In this document: positions 18,286 to 26,927 of the stretch, in pieces
Position numbering within the stretch: position 1 is the first letter of the stretch
Layout: each line of letters opens with the position of its first letter
Assembly (NCBI GenBank): GCA_041691135.1
Contig: JBEPVF010000001.1
Location: 96,001-160,000 of the forward strand
Direction: 5' to 3'
Length of the DNA: 64,000 nucleotides
DNA from: Candidatus Peribacteria bacterium
Lineage (GTDB): Bacteria > Patescibacteriota > Gracilibacteria > Peribacterales > Peribacteraceae
Program-made: the position numbers and the translations under genes
The notes under the pieces: model-generated
The model's database searches: none
What the model was told of the DNA's origin: nothing
Seen by the model: the letters and a program-made list of their open reading frames with translations, nothing else

Positions 18286-18675
18286 TCAGACAGCTAGGAT
18301 AGCACGTGCCTGTTCCACATCCGCATGAATCTGTTCGATGAGCAATTCTTTGGTGGCGAAGTCCCGTACCTCGCGCAGGTAGGCAATCATTTCCAGATGG
18401 ACGACGGAGGGTGCATCGGCAATTTCTCGGTCGAGTACATGGATTTCGAACGCAGCGGTATCGTTGAAGACAGGTCGGGGGCCGTAATGCACCGCGGCCT
18501 GGTAGTACGCCGTGTGTCCCTCAAATTGCACGAGGCACGCATAAATTCCTTCCTTCAGTGAAGGAGGGACCGATGTCAGGTCAAGGTTCAATGTGGGAGT
18601 GCCCATGGTCCTTCCGCGTCCGGCTCCGGAAATAACGGGCGCCGAAAAGAGGACAGGCGTGGGAAGCATTTGCAT
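18286..18675 (-). CDS. Riboflavin kinase, stand-alone C-terminal domain of RibF
   Basis: GRGRTMGTPTLNL, GIYA, GPRPVF, EIHVLD, LRE..DF...L..QI..D. Confidence 0.88.
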   Translation of the reverse strand: MQMLPTPVLFSAPVISGAGRGRTMGTPTLNLDLTSVPPSLKEGIYACLVQFEGHTAYYQAAVHYGPRPVFNDTAAFEIHVLDREIADAPSVVHLEMIAYLREVRDFATKELLIEQIHADVEQARAILAV

Positions 18676-18712
18676 GCGAGTACCTTAAATGACTCAGTCG
18701 AAATTGCCAATA

Positions 18713-19027
18713 CTAGGCGGCCTTCGCCATCGGAATAAACGGGACCGCTGCCAGTCCGGTCAGTGCTGCCTTGCCGCCGAATGTAAGGACTTCGTAGACG
18801 GAGTTGGCGGTAGTTGCAGCTATCTCTGATGCAATTGTAAAACCCGCTTGCGCCAACACTTCTGTAGTGCGCACAGCCGTATCACTCGCGGCATCGGCAA
18901 AGGTGCTTAGTTGAAATACGCTGTCCGGTCCTCCCTTCACAATTTTTTCCGGCAAGGGCGCCGCGATATACTTCACGCTCTCGAATGCGCTTTGGACGAT
19001 CCGTTCCGGAAGTCGCTCGAGGCTCAT
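18713..19027 (-). CDS. Hypothetical protein
   Basis: Ala-rich 104-aa ORF in a co-oriented run; no family recognised. Confidence 0.55.
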   Translation of the reverse strand: MSLERLPERIVQSAFESVKYIAAPLPEKIVKGGPDSVFQLSTFADAASDTAVRTTEVLAQAGFTIASEIAATTANSVYEVLTFGGKAALTGLAAVPFIPMAKAA

Positions 19028-19063
19028 GTATAATATTATAAAACAAATATTATAAATAAGCAA

Positions 19064-20095
19064 TTATTTGCCGGCTTTCCTTGCACGGGCGCTATCAGCC
19101 AATGATTGTGCATATCCTTGTAACTGCGTGGCGGAGTGCGGAAGTTCGGGTGACAATTTTTTGGCCTGCGATCCCAAGTACCAGGCATCGCCAGATAACT
19201 TGATCACATCATCAAATTTATTATCGAGGCCGGCGCGATAGGCACGCACAAGTGCGCGGAATCCTTCGGCCAGTTTGACGGTCGATTTTACGCCTCCTTC
19301 GTCGGGAGCGCTGGTGAGTGCACCGCGTGCGCCAATCAATGCCCGCGCCGATGCATACTCGGCTTCTTTGATATCGCTTTTCTCCAGCGCATTCAGCACG
19401 TTCACGATGTCCGCTTGCGCATTGTTCACCAATTGCTGTGCCGTCTTGCCCTCTCTATAAAGGAAGAAGCGGTACATCAATGCGGCGACATCAATGCGAG
19501 TCAGTTCCCGAGCTGCTCCGTACGTTCCGTTGGCCGCCGGCGTCGTGACAGCCGTCGAGACGGCATACCGGAAGAAGGGATAATACCAGGCAGTGGTATC
19601 CGTCACATCCGAGGCGAGGGGCAATTGGATTTCGCTGTACGAATTAGGGTCCACATCGTAGGCCAGGAACATTAATTTCAGGAACTCAGCTTTCGTCACC
19701 GGACGCGTGCCGTGGAACAACGTTGTCTTGGGCGGGCCGTCCAGAATGCGCAGCTGTTGCCGTGCCCACTCGACGTATGGCACGTACCAGTCGCCGTCAT
19801 TCACGTCCGTGTACACGCTCTTGCCGATTTTTTTCTGTTCGGTATCGGTCATGAACGGCTCGGCAATAATTTTGATGGCCTCGGCCCGATTTACTTTTTT
19901 AGCCGGCTGGAACGTTCCATCATCGTAGCCGTTTAGAATGCCTTTCTCCTTTAGGTATTCTACCGCTTCGAATCCGAAGTCTCCCGGCTTCACATCGCTG
20001 AACGAACCCGATGTGGCAGCCACAACTGTCCCTGTTGAGGTGGTGAACAAAACGACTGCTAGGGCGGCACTGCAGAGTTTCTGGGCACGAAGCAT
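19064..20095 (-). CDS. S-layer homology (SLH) domain protein with helical C-terminus
   Basis: Signal peptide; FSDV...GILNGYDDGTFQP..VNRAE, VTKAEF, LTRIDVA. Confidence 0.88.
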   Translation of the reverse strand: MLRAQKLCSAALAVVLFTTSTGTVVAATSGSFSDVKPGDFGFEAVEYLKEKGILNGYDDGTFQPAKKVNRAEAIKIIAEPFMTDTEQKKIGKSVYTDVNDGDWYVPYVEWARQQLRILDGPPKTTLFHGTRPVTKAEFLKLMFLAYDVDPNSYSEIQLPLASDVTDTTAWYYPFFRYAVSTAVTTPAANGTYGAARELTRIDVAALMYRFFLYREGKTAQQLVNNAQADIVNVLNALEKSDIKEAEYASARALIGARGALTSAPDEGGVKSTVKLAEGFRALVRAYRAGLDNKFDDVIKLSGDAWYLGSQAKKLSPELPHSATQLQGYAQSLADSARARKAGK

Positions 20096-20217
20096 ACGTA
20101 AAACGGGAGGAAGTACGGATGAGGGTATCAGAAGAACCGGAATTTTTGTCGGGAAAAAAAGGAAAATTATTGTATGAAAAAAAGCACAGTTCATCAAACA
20201 CTGCGAGGCTTGAATCT

Positions 20218-21075
20218 CTACTTCTTTTGATAGATTCCGTAAAAAGCCGATACAACACGGTTTGCCAGTTTATTGTGCCTGAAAAGGATGTCGGTGTACT
20301 TGATCCAGAACGTCAGCCAACCCCAACCGATCAGACCGATTTCGTACAATTTGTAATTGCCGAACGATGTAAGGATGGCCAGATACTCGCGGAGCATCCA
20401 CGACAGCATTGATGCCGGCCCAACGGAAATGCCGAAGGCAAGTTCCTTATATTCTTTCAATAATTCCTTCATGCCGCTCTGGGTGTATCGCTGATAATCG
20501 TCCGGCACCGCATGGAAGGGCTGCAGAAAAGGCAACTTGATGTACAGATAACCGCCCGGCTTTAACACACGTTCGATCTCGGCCATCACTTTGGTCGGAT
20601 TGCGGATATGCTCCAGGACATTCTTGAACAGAATCACTTCGATGCTTCCATCTTTGAAGGGCAACTCATGCGCATCGGCGACGATGTCCACCGATGTGTA
20701 ATAACTGATGTCGAGGTTGATGATATGCGGATGCAGTTCGCTCAGATTTCCGGATAATGATCCGATGTTCAGTACTTTCAAATCCTTATGCTGCTGCAGG
20801 AACGTTTTGAGTTCCTTCCCCTCGCCATAGGATGGCGTGAGCGTATTGAAATAGACCGAGTGGTGTGGAGCGCGAAAAACTTTGAGTACTTTTCGAAGAG
20901 TCGATTTTTTGTGTTGATGCGATGCTACTGCATGTGTCTGTACATCGGGGACAAAGATCGGAACATCGCCATGCAGCGGATATTCCTTGTTGCAGCTCGT
21001 GCATCGGATTATTGATTCCTCAAAATCAAGTGAGCCGCGGCAGGCAGGACATAACAAAGTATCGCGATCAATCAT
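20218..21075 (-). CDS. Class I SAM methyltransferase (type 11) with N-terminal Trm112-like Zn ribbon
   Basis: CPAC..CTSC; VLNIGS, DAHELPF, VLEH, RVLKPGG, PFHAVPDDYQRYT. Confidence 0.85.
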   Translation of the reverse strand: MIDRDTLLCPACRGSLDFEESIIRCTSCNKEYPLHGDVPIFVPDVQTHAVASHQHKKSTLRKVLKVFRAPHHSVYFNTLTPSYGEGKELKTFLQQHKDLKVLNIGSLSGNLSELHPHIINLDISYYTSVDIVADAHELPFKDGSIEVILFKNVLEHIRNPTKVMAEIERVLKPGGYLYIKLPFLQPFHAVPDDYQRYTQSGMKELLKEYKELAFGISVGPASMLSWMLREYLAILTSFGNYKLYEIGLIGWGWLTFWIKYTDILFRHNKLANRVVSAFYGIYQKK

Positions 21076-21182
21076 GGCCGGAGTGTACCCGAGCAGTCAG
21101 ACGATGCTAAGGAATTTAAACTTGCCGGGTAGGTCATACAACTAGCGTCCACCTTCGCCAAGACTACGGTGGACACGAAGGT

Positions 21183-21272
21183 TGGCGGAAGGGGAGAGAT
21201 TCGAACTCTCGAGACCCTTGCGGATCTAACGGTTTTCAAGACCGTCGCCATAGACCACTCGGCCACCCTTCC
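21183..21272 (-). tRNA. tRNA-Ser(TGA)
   Basis: GGAAGGG..., anticodon arm ACGGT-CTTGAAA-ACCGT, long variable arm, CCA end. Confidence 0.95.
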
Positions 21273-21325
21273 GTTGGAGGCATTGTTGCATAGAGACAGA
21301 TATATTTCACTCTTTCCCGTTGGGC

Positions 21326-23614
21326 TTAGTCGTTACTGAGCATTTCGCGCAGTTTGTTGTTATCCGGAAGCTCATTCACTGGGCACGTACGCCGGCGCCA
21401 TTCTTCACGAAGCGCTTCCAGATAGCCTTTTTCGATGCCTATTCGCTGCACATACGCTTTAGCCGAGTCAAAGAAACGGCTGGTTCTGGAGTTCTGGAGC
21501 ATGGCGAATACCGATGTGACGAACGCATCCTCGCCGCCGCTTACCTCTTTATGCATTTCGTCTTGTACGGCGTCCATAATACTGTCGACGTCCAAACCGG
21601 CCAGGAACTTCAAGTCTTTATCAGTTCCTGACGGGAAATAGTGATTCACTCCCAGGCGGCGCAAACTACAGGGCAATTGGAAGTCGGCGATCACATCGGC
21701 CACTTGGGTGGCAAGTCCGCCTTCACTGTGGTGATCTTCGACGACGACGAGATGGCGTGTTTCTAATCCAGCTTGAATAATGGCGCTCGAGTCGAGCGGG
21801 CGAATGCAGCCGACGTTCAGAACGCGGATGCGAATTTTTTCTTCCTTCCATAAAATATCAGCAGCTGCGACAGCATCGTGAACAGGAATGCCGGTCGCAA
21901 TGATCGTCACCTGGTCGGTAATATCACCAGCCCCCCGCACAATGTCGGCATGTCCGTCAAAAATATAATCTTGGTTGTAAATGAGTTCGCCGTCGGGAGT
22001 TTTGAGTTGCTCGTGACCCGAACGCGCCGAAAAGACGTACACGCTCTGACGGCCTTCCACCACTAGTTCCAATGCACGTTCCGCCGCGGCCGCCGCCTGG
22101 TTGCTGTCGCCGGGCATCCAGATCTGTGTGTTGTCGAAGGGAATATTCAAGTAATTGCGCTCCTGGTGTGTTTCGCCGTCTTCACCGACGCTCAAGCCGG
22201 AGTGCGTGCAATCATGTAACACCGAACACGGAGTATGGGCTGAATTGATATCGATGAGTCGCGCATTTGCCCGTGCTTCGTTGGTGCCGAACGCGGCGAA
22301 CGTATAGGTGAGGGCGAGCATGCCCGACTGTCGCAAGCCGGCTGCCATCATGTACATATTCGCTTCGGCCGCTCCGCAGTTGACCACACGAGTCGGAAAT
22401 TCATGCTCCACTTTGTCGAACCCGCCGGATCCGGCTAGGTCGCCATGCAGGACAATAATGCGCTCGTCGGTTTTCATCAGATTGCGGATATGCACGGCGC
22501 CGAAATCTTTTCGCACCGCTCCTTTCTCGGTGGTGATTTCACGCGGAGCTTTGAGGAGGGGCGAGAGGGGAGACCGCTTGAATGGAACATTTTTTTTACC
22601 GAGTGCCTGACGGTACGGTTCGTAATCTTTGGTCACTTGCTCCAGGGTCGGAAGCTTGGCAAGTTCAACATCGGCCAATTCTTTCTTCATTGGCGAGCCG
22701 TGATATTCGGCCGAGCCTTTATTCGCTGCGTCCATCATCGGCTGAATGTCGTAGCCCATCGTCGTGTAGTAGCACAGAAAAATGGGGCGTCCCTTGCCCA
22801 CGAGTCCCGCTGCGTACTGCAGAGCGGCTTCCACCTGAGCCGGGTCGTTGCCGTTCTGCACTTCGATCACCGCCCATCCCATCGCCTGGAAAATGGCAGC
22901 CAAGTCACTGGCGGCGACTTTCGACGGGATGTCGCTCAACTGAATGTCATTCACATCCGCATGCAGCATCAAATGATCGAGCTTGTGCTTGGACGCGATG
23001 CGTGCCGCTTCCATGATCTGTCCCTCTTGTGAGTCGCCGTCACCCATCAGCACATCCGTGATGCCGTCCCGTCCTTGTAACTGCCAGCCCAAGGCATGGC
23101 CCACGCCGCTGCTTAGTCCTTTGCCAAGCGGGCCGAAACCAAATGGGATGTCGCCCACACCGGCTTCCACATGACCGGGGAGTCCGTCCGGCACACGGAA
23201 GTAATCGATGATGGCCTGTGGTGACGCGAGCCTCGGATCGTCAACGCCTTTGCCTGATAGATACTGCAAACCATAACCGAGCAGTGACAGGTGCCCGGCA
23301 CTCATGCGCAGCGCCGCATCCTTGTGCGGATCGCGGTGCCGTGCGATGCCGTACGCAAATGTGAAAGCTGACAGCGGCCCGCCGGGATGTCCGGACTGGT
23401 GTTTGAGGGGAGCACTTATGCACAGATGCTTCATGATGGTATGAGCCAACGCATACGCGCGCCGGTCACTTTCGTTCAGAGGAAGCGCTTCATCGGGTCC
23501 GATCCAGACAGTCTCGATTTCGGATTCAACGCCGAGCACTCGCTGTGCAGAAAAGGGAACAACGGAGGAGTCTTGCCCGACAATTGCCGAGCGTGGTGGT
23601 CGTGTTCGTGGCAT
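21326..23614 (-). CDS. tkt: Transketolase (single polypeptide)
   Basis: SGHPGG, SAGH, LPGH, GDG..QEGQ..EA ThDP motif, HSGLSVGEDGETHQ, VEDH...GGL. Confidence 0.88.
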   Translation of the reverse strand: MPRTRPPRSAIVGQDSSVVPFSAQRVLGVESEIETVWIGPDEALPLNESDRRAYALAHTIMKHLCISAPLKHQSGHPGGPLSAFTFAYGIARHRDPHKDAALRMSAGHLSLLGYGLQYLSGKGVDDPRLASPQAIIDYFRVPDGLPGHVEAGVGDIPFGFGPLGKGLSSGVGHALGWQLQGRDGITDVLMGDGDSQEGQIMEAARIASKHKLDHLMLHADVNDIQLSDIPSKVAASDLAAIFQAMGWAVIEVQNGNDPAQVEAALQYAAGLVGKGRPIFLCYYTTMGYDIQPMMDAANKGSAEYHGSPMKKELADVELAKLPTLEQVTKDYEPYRQALGKKNVPFKRSPLSPLLKAPREITTEKGAVRKDFGAVHIRNLMKTDERIIVLHGDLAGSGGFDKVEHEFPTRVVNCGAAEANMYMMAAGLRQSGMLALTYTFAAFGTNEARANARLIDINSAHTPCSVLHDCTHSGLSVGEDGETHQERNYLNIPFDNTQIWMPGDSNQAAAAAERALELVVEGRQSVYVFSARSGHEQLKTPDGELIYNQDYIFDGHADIVRGAGDITDQVTIIATGIPVHDAVAAADILWKEEKIRIRVLNVGCIRPLDSSAIIQAGLETRHLVVVEDHHSEGGLATQVADVIADFQLPCSLRRLGVNHYFPSGTDKDLKFLAGLDVDSIMDAVQDEMHKEVSGGEDAFVTSVFAMLQNSRTSRFFDSAKAYVQRIGIEKGYLEALREEWRRRTCPVNELPDNNKLREMLSND

Positions 23615-23674
23615 ATCCCGAGTGTAAGTGCCGCTCTTGTCATGGTAAAGACACATTTCTTTCGTTTATATGTA

Positions 23675-23989
23675 ATGAATACCAAAACTGCCCGTCAAAA
23701 TATATACATGCCCACTGATGCGTACTTTGTCGGCAAAATCCGTGACATGATTCAGCAGAAAGAGTCCATCGAACGCAAAATCGAAAGCCTTAGAGGCGAT
23801 TTTAATGGATTGTCGCCCACGAGCAGTGATAGCTCAATCAAATCTCGAAAAGACCAAAAGAAGAAAGAGCTCTATTCGGCCCAACAGGAACTTGTGACCC
23901 ATCTGCGGACGTCTTTGGAACTACTTCGCGATGAACAGAGAACGTTGGACGCTGAAGTGAGAGAGACCCAAACAGCGATGGTTGTCTAA
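23675..23989 (+). CDS. Hypothetical coiled-coil protein
   Basis: Charged helical 104-aa ORF divergent from tkt. Confidence 0.5.
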   Translation: MNTKTARQNIYMPTDAYFVGKIRDMIQQKESIERKIESLRGDFNGLSPTSSDSSIKSRKDQKKKELYSAQQELVTHLRTSLELLRDEQRTLDAEVRETQTAMVV

Positions 23990-24005
23990 ATGCAGAGCGC
24001 TGTTC

Positions 24006-24839
24006 CTATTCTTTCCTTTTGACGATCATCATCACGCGTCTGCCGCTGTGAATTTCCTGATTCGTGTTGTTCCAGTCGTGGATGGCATCGAACAGAACGT
24101 GGTATGGATATTCGTACCCTTCGCCGACCCGGGTGCCGACGTCGTTGGTGACGAAGTTTTGCGCATCATATCCGGTAATGACGAGCATGTGATACCACGG
24201 TCCCTGTCCCCGGTAGTGTGGATTACCGATATCGCGTCCGGCCAACGGCACGATGATCGGATGACCTGCGGCCAGCAGGCTTTTCATGTCATCAATAGTA
24301 AAGTCGTAAAAGAGTTCGGTGTCGTACCCCAAATACTCTTTCGCCACTTTGCTCAGTTGTTCGATGGTGATGTCCGCACTGTAGCCAAACGTATCATTTT
24401 CAACTTTCACCAGATTGACGATTTCTTTGTCCATCTGATCAGCGGTGATCGATTTTCCTTGCAAATAATGATCGAGCAGAATCAATGACGCTTCCTCGCA
24501 CGCTTCCTGATACGGAAGATCCCAATTGCCTTTGGGTGCCTGTGTCATGAACGGCACTTGAATGCGAATGGAAGGCGGCAGGGACTCGACTACAGCTGGA
24601 GAAGCAGTGTGTCCGGCGGTTGTCCCGCTCTCGGATAAATAATCGCCCACCGTGACGGCCGATCCGATTCCATTTCCCGTCAGGTTGTCGACCGTTCTCT
24701 GCGCCTCTTGTACAAGCGGAAAATCGTACACGACGTTCTTCGCGTACGGATGGCGGTGGAACCAGATGATGGTACTGATGACGATGAGCAGAAGGATAAT
24801 GACAGCGGGCCACAAATGCATGCGTCGACGGAGATTCAT
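24006..24839 (-). CDS. Membrane-anchored C39-like cysteine peptidase
   Basis: VPFMTQAP...ACEEAS (Cys), HMLVITGYD (His), NDVG. Confidence 0.88.
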   Translation of the reverse strand: MNLRRRMHLWPAVIILLLIVISTIIWFHRHPYAKNVVYDFPLVQEAQRTVDNLTGNGIGSAVTVGDYLSESGTTAGHTASPAVVESLPPSIRIQVPFMTQAPKGNWDLPYQEACEEASLILLDHYLQGKSITADQMDKEIVNLVKVENDTFGYSADITIEQLSKVAKEYLGYDTELFYDFTIDDMKSLLAAGHPIIVPLAGRDIGNPHYRGQGPWYHMLVITGYDAQNFVTNDVGTRVGEGYEYPYHVLFDAIHDWNNTNQEIHSGRRVMMIVKRKE

Positions 24840-24984
24840 AGTAGAAGTGGACGGAGGAAGTGCTGCACTCTTTCGCTTCCAAATGTGCGGGGTATTTGGC
24901 GTAAGGGAGAGAGCAATTGTACGTCCCATACGACGTGCAAGCGAATGCTTTATCTGTACACCTGTTCCTCTTTCCTCACTTGTT

Positions 24985-26073
24985 ATGAAAACCTCCACCT
25001 CCCTGCTTTTCATACTCAGCTTGGCGCTCGTTGCAGGTGCTCTCCAGCCGGTCGGCACGGCCATAGCGAACGCCATCGCTTTTACGGATGTTCCTGCTGA
25101 TGCCTGGTATCGGAGTGATGTAGAGGCTGCCGTGGAGCTCGGTGTTATTACCGGCTACAAAGATGCTAGTGGCGGCTTCACCGGCTTTTTCAAACCCGCA
25201 GATCCGGTGACTGTCGGTGAGGCACTCAAGATTGCCGTGCTGAGCGCAGGCTATGATACAAGCCGCTACGCCTCTCCCGTCGGCGATTATTGGACTGTTC
25301 CGTATCTGTACGTGGCGAATGACAATCATTTCAGTCTGTATGTGTCAGGCAATCCACCGTCGACGAATGCGCCTGCAACGCGTGCTCAAGTGGCGGCATT
25401 GATTGCCGATGCATTTAGGGTGAATCAGACTATAGCTGCCGATCAGACATTCTATCCCGATGTGGACGCCAGCACTTCGTATGCCCCGGCAATTGCAGCG
25501 CTCACGCGCGATGGAGTGGTGCGCGGCGACGGGAATATGCAGGGGCAAACCGCTGCGCACTTTCGGCCCTACGATCACATTTCGCGCGCCGAGATGGTGA
25601 CGGTCGCCATGCGTGCAAAAGCCAAATATGGCTCGGTAAGTTCCAGTCGAAGTTCCGTTTCAATGTCTTCCATATCCAACTCTTCACGCAGCAGCATCGC
25701 ATCTTCCATGCCCTCTTCGTCTTCCTCTTTGACTATCTCAAATTCCAGTTCGCTGAGCGTAGACCAAGGCAATCCGGCTTCGTCGGCCAGCTCCTCGACG
25801 GCTGCCATTCTCGAACAATCGATCACGTATTCGGACAGCGGGTTTAGTCCTTCCATGGTATCGGTGCCAGCCGGAACCAAGATCACCTTTGTGAACGAAA
25901 GCAGCAGTCAGATAACACTGACGGCTGATAAGAACCAGTCGGCGGCCGGTTTTGCAACTTCCAACCAGCTCTTTTCGGGTGATACGTATTCTTTCACGTT
26001 TACCCAAACGGGTACCTTCGGCTACCATAACGCCGCTAAGCCTTCCGATACGGGTACCGTTATCGTGAAGTAA
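24985..26073 (+). CDS. SLH-domain protein with Ser-rich linker and C-terminal cupredoxin-like domain
   Basis: FTDVPADAWY, ATRAQVA, ISRAEM; GFSPSMVSVPAGTKITFVN...GTFGYHN. Confidence 0.85.
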   Translation: MKTSTSLLFILSLALVAGALQPVGTAIANAIAFTDVPADAWYRSDVEAAVELGVITGYKDASGGFTGFFKPADPVTVGEALKIAVLSAGYDTSRYASPVGDYWTVPYLYVANDNHFSLYVSGNPPSTNAPATRAQVAALIADAFRVNQTIAADQTFYPDVDASTSYAPAIAALTRDGVVRGDGNMQGQTAAHFRPYDHISRAEMVTVAMRAKAKYGSVSSSRSSVSMSSISNSSRSSIASSMPSSSSSLTISNSSSLSVDQGNPASSASSSTAAILEQSITYSDSGFSPSMVSVPAGTKITFVNESSSQITLTADKNQSAAGFATSNQLFSGDTYSFTFTQTGTFGYHNAAKPSDTGTVIVK

Positions 26074-26138
26074 AGTAGCTGCGATAGAGGATGTTGTCGC
26101 ACTGCCGCAAAGCGTTTTGCTTCATTTCCTCTCTTCGT

Positions 26139-26780
26139 ATGAAACTCTTCATGGACACGGCGAACGTGGCACAGGTTGCCGAAGTAGCCGGATGGGGCGT
26201 CCTGGATGGCGTTACCACCAATCCGTCTCTTGTTCTAAAAGAAGGAAAAGATTTCAAAGCGACGGTACTTGAGATGTGCAAGCACGTGCCGAATGTGAGT
26301 GCGCAGGTAACCGCTACCGATCTCGAAGGTATGAAAAAGCAGGGAGAGGAGTACGCCAGTTGGCACAAGCATGTTGTGGTGAAAGTGCCGATGACCGTCG
26401 AAGGACTGAAGGCCGTGTCGTATTTTTCGTCGAAAGGAATTCGGACCAATGTCACGCTCGTATTCTCAACGGCGCAGGCGATCCTCGCCGCCAAAGCGGG
26501 GGCCAGCATTATCAGCCCTTTCATCGGCCGGCTCGACGACATCAGCGAAGACGGCATGCAGCTCATCGCCGAAATCATGGAAGTCTGGAATCACTCTGCA
26601 TTCGCCACCGAAGTGTTGGTAGCATCCGTTCGCCATCCGCGTCACGTGGTGGATGCCGCGCGTCTGGGTGCTCATATCGCCACTGTTCCCTATGATGTCT
26701 TCCAAAAATTGCCGCAGCACACGCTCACCGATAACGGTTTGAAGAAATTTTTGAGTGATTGGGAAAAGGTGAGTAAATAG
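26139..26780 (+). CDS. tal: Transaldolase / fructose-6-phosphate aldolase (TalC type)
   Basis: DTAN, GVTTNPSL, VVKVP (Schiff-base Lys), TNVTLVFS, SPFIGRLDD, ASVR. Confidence 0.93.
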   Translation: MKLFMDTANVAQVAEVAGWGVLDGVTTNPSLVLKEGKDFKATVLEMCKHVPNVSAQVTATDLEGMKKQGEEYASWHKHVVVKVPMTVEGLKAVSYFSSKGIRTNVTLVFSTAQAILAAKAGASIISPFIGRLDDISEDGMQLIAEIMEVWNHSAFATEVLVASVRHPRHVVDAARLGAHIATVPYDVFQKLPQHTLTDNGLKKFLSDWEKVSK

Positions 26781-26801
26781 CTGCTCGCCCCCTGATCATT
26801 C

Positions 26802-26869
26802 AGAAAATTTAGCAGGGCGCTGTCGCTTTCTACGCGGACAAGTGGCAGCAAGTCGATTCATCGTGTGCT
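26802..26869 (+). repeat. Dispersed intergenic repeat, copy A
   Basis: Shares GGCGCTGTCGCTTTCT and CGATTCATCGTG blocks with 41677-41745. Confidence 0.75.
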
Positions 26870-26927
26870 TCATCTTTTCTTTGCTGCACTTGTAGCCCCC
26901 TGCCCACACCTTGTACGATCAAGACAT

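Noticed and set aside
24652-25076. Long overlapping N-termini of the C39 peptidase and SLH ORFs in the track
   Set aside because: An artefact of longest-ORF calling; TM/signal sequences place the starts at 24839 (-) and 24985 (+).
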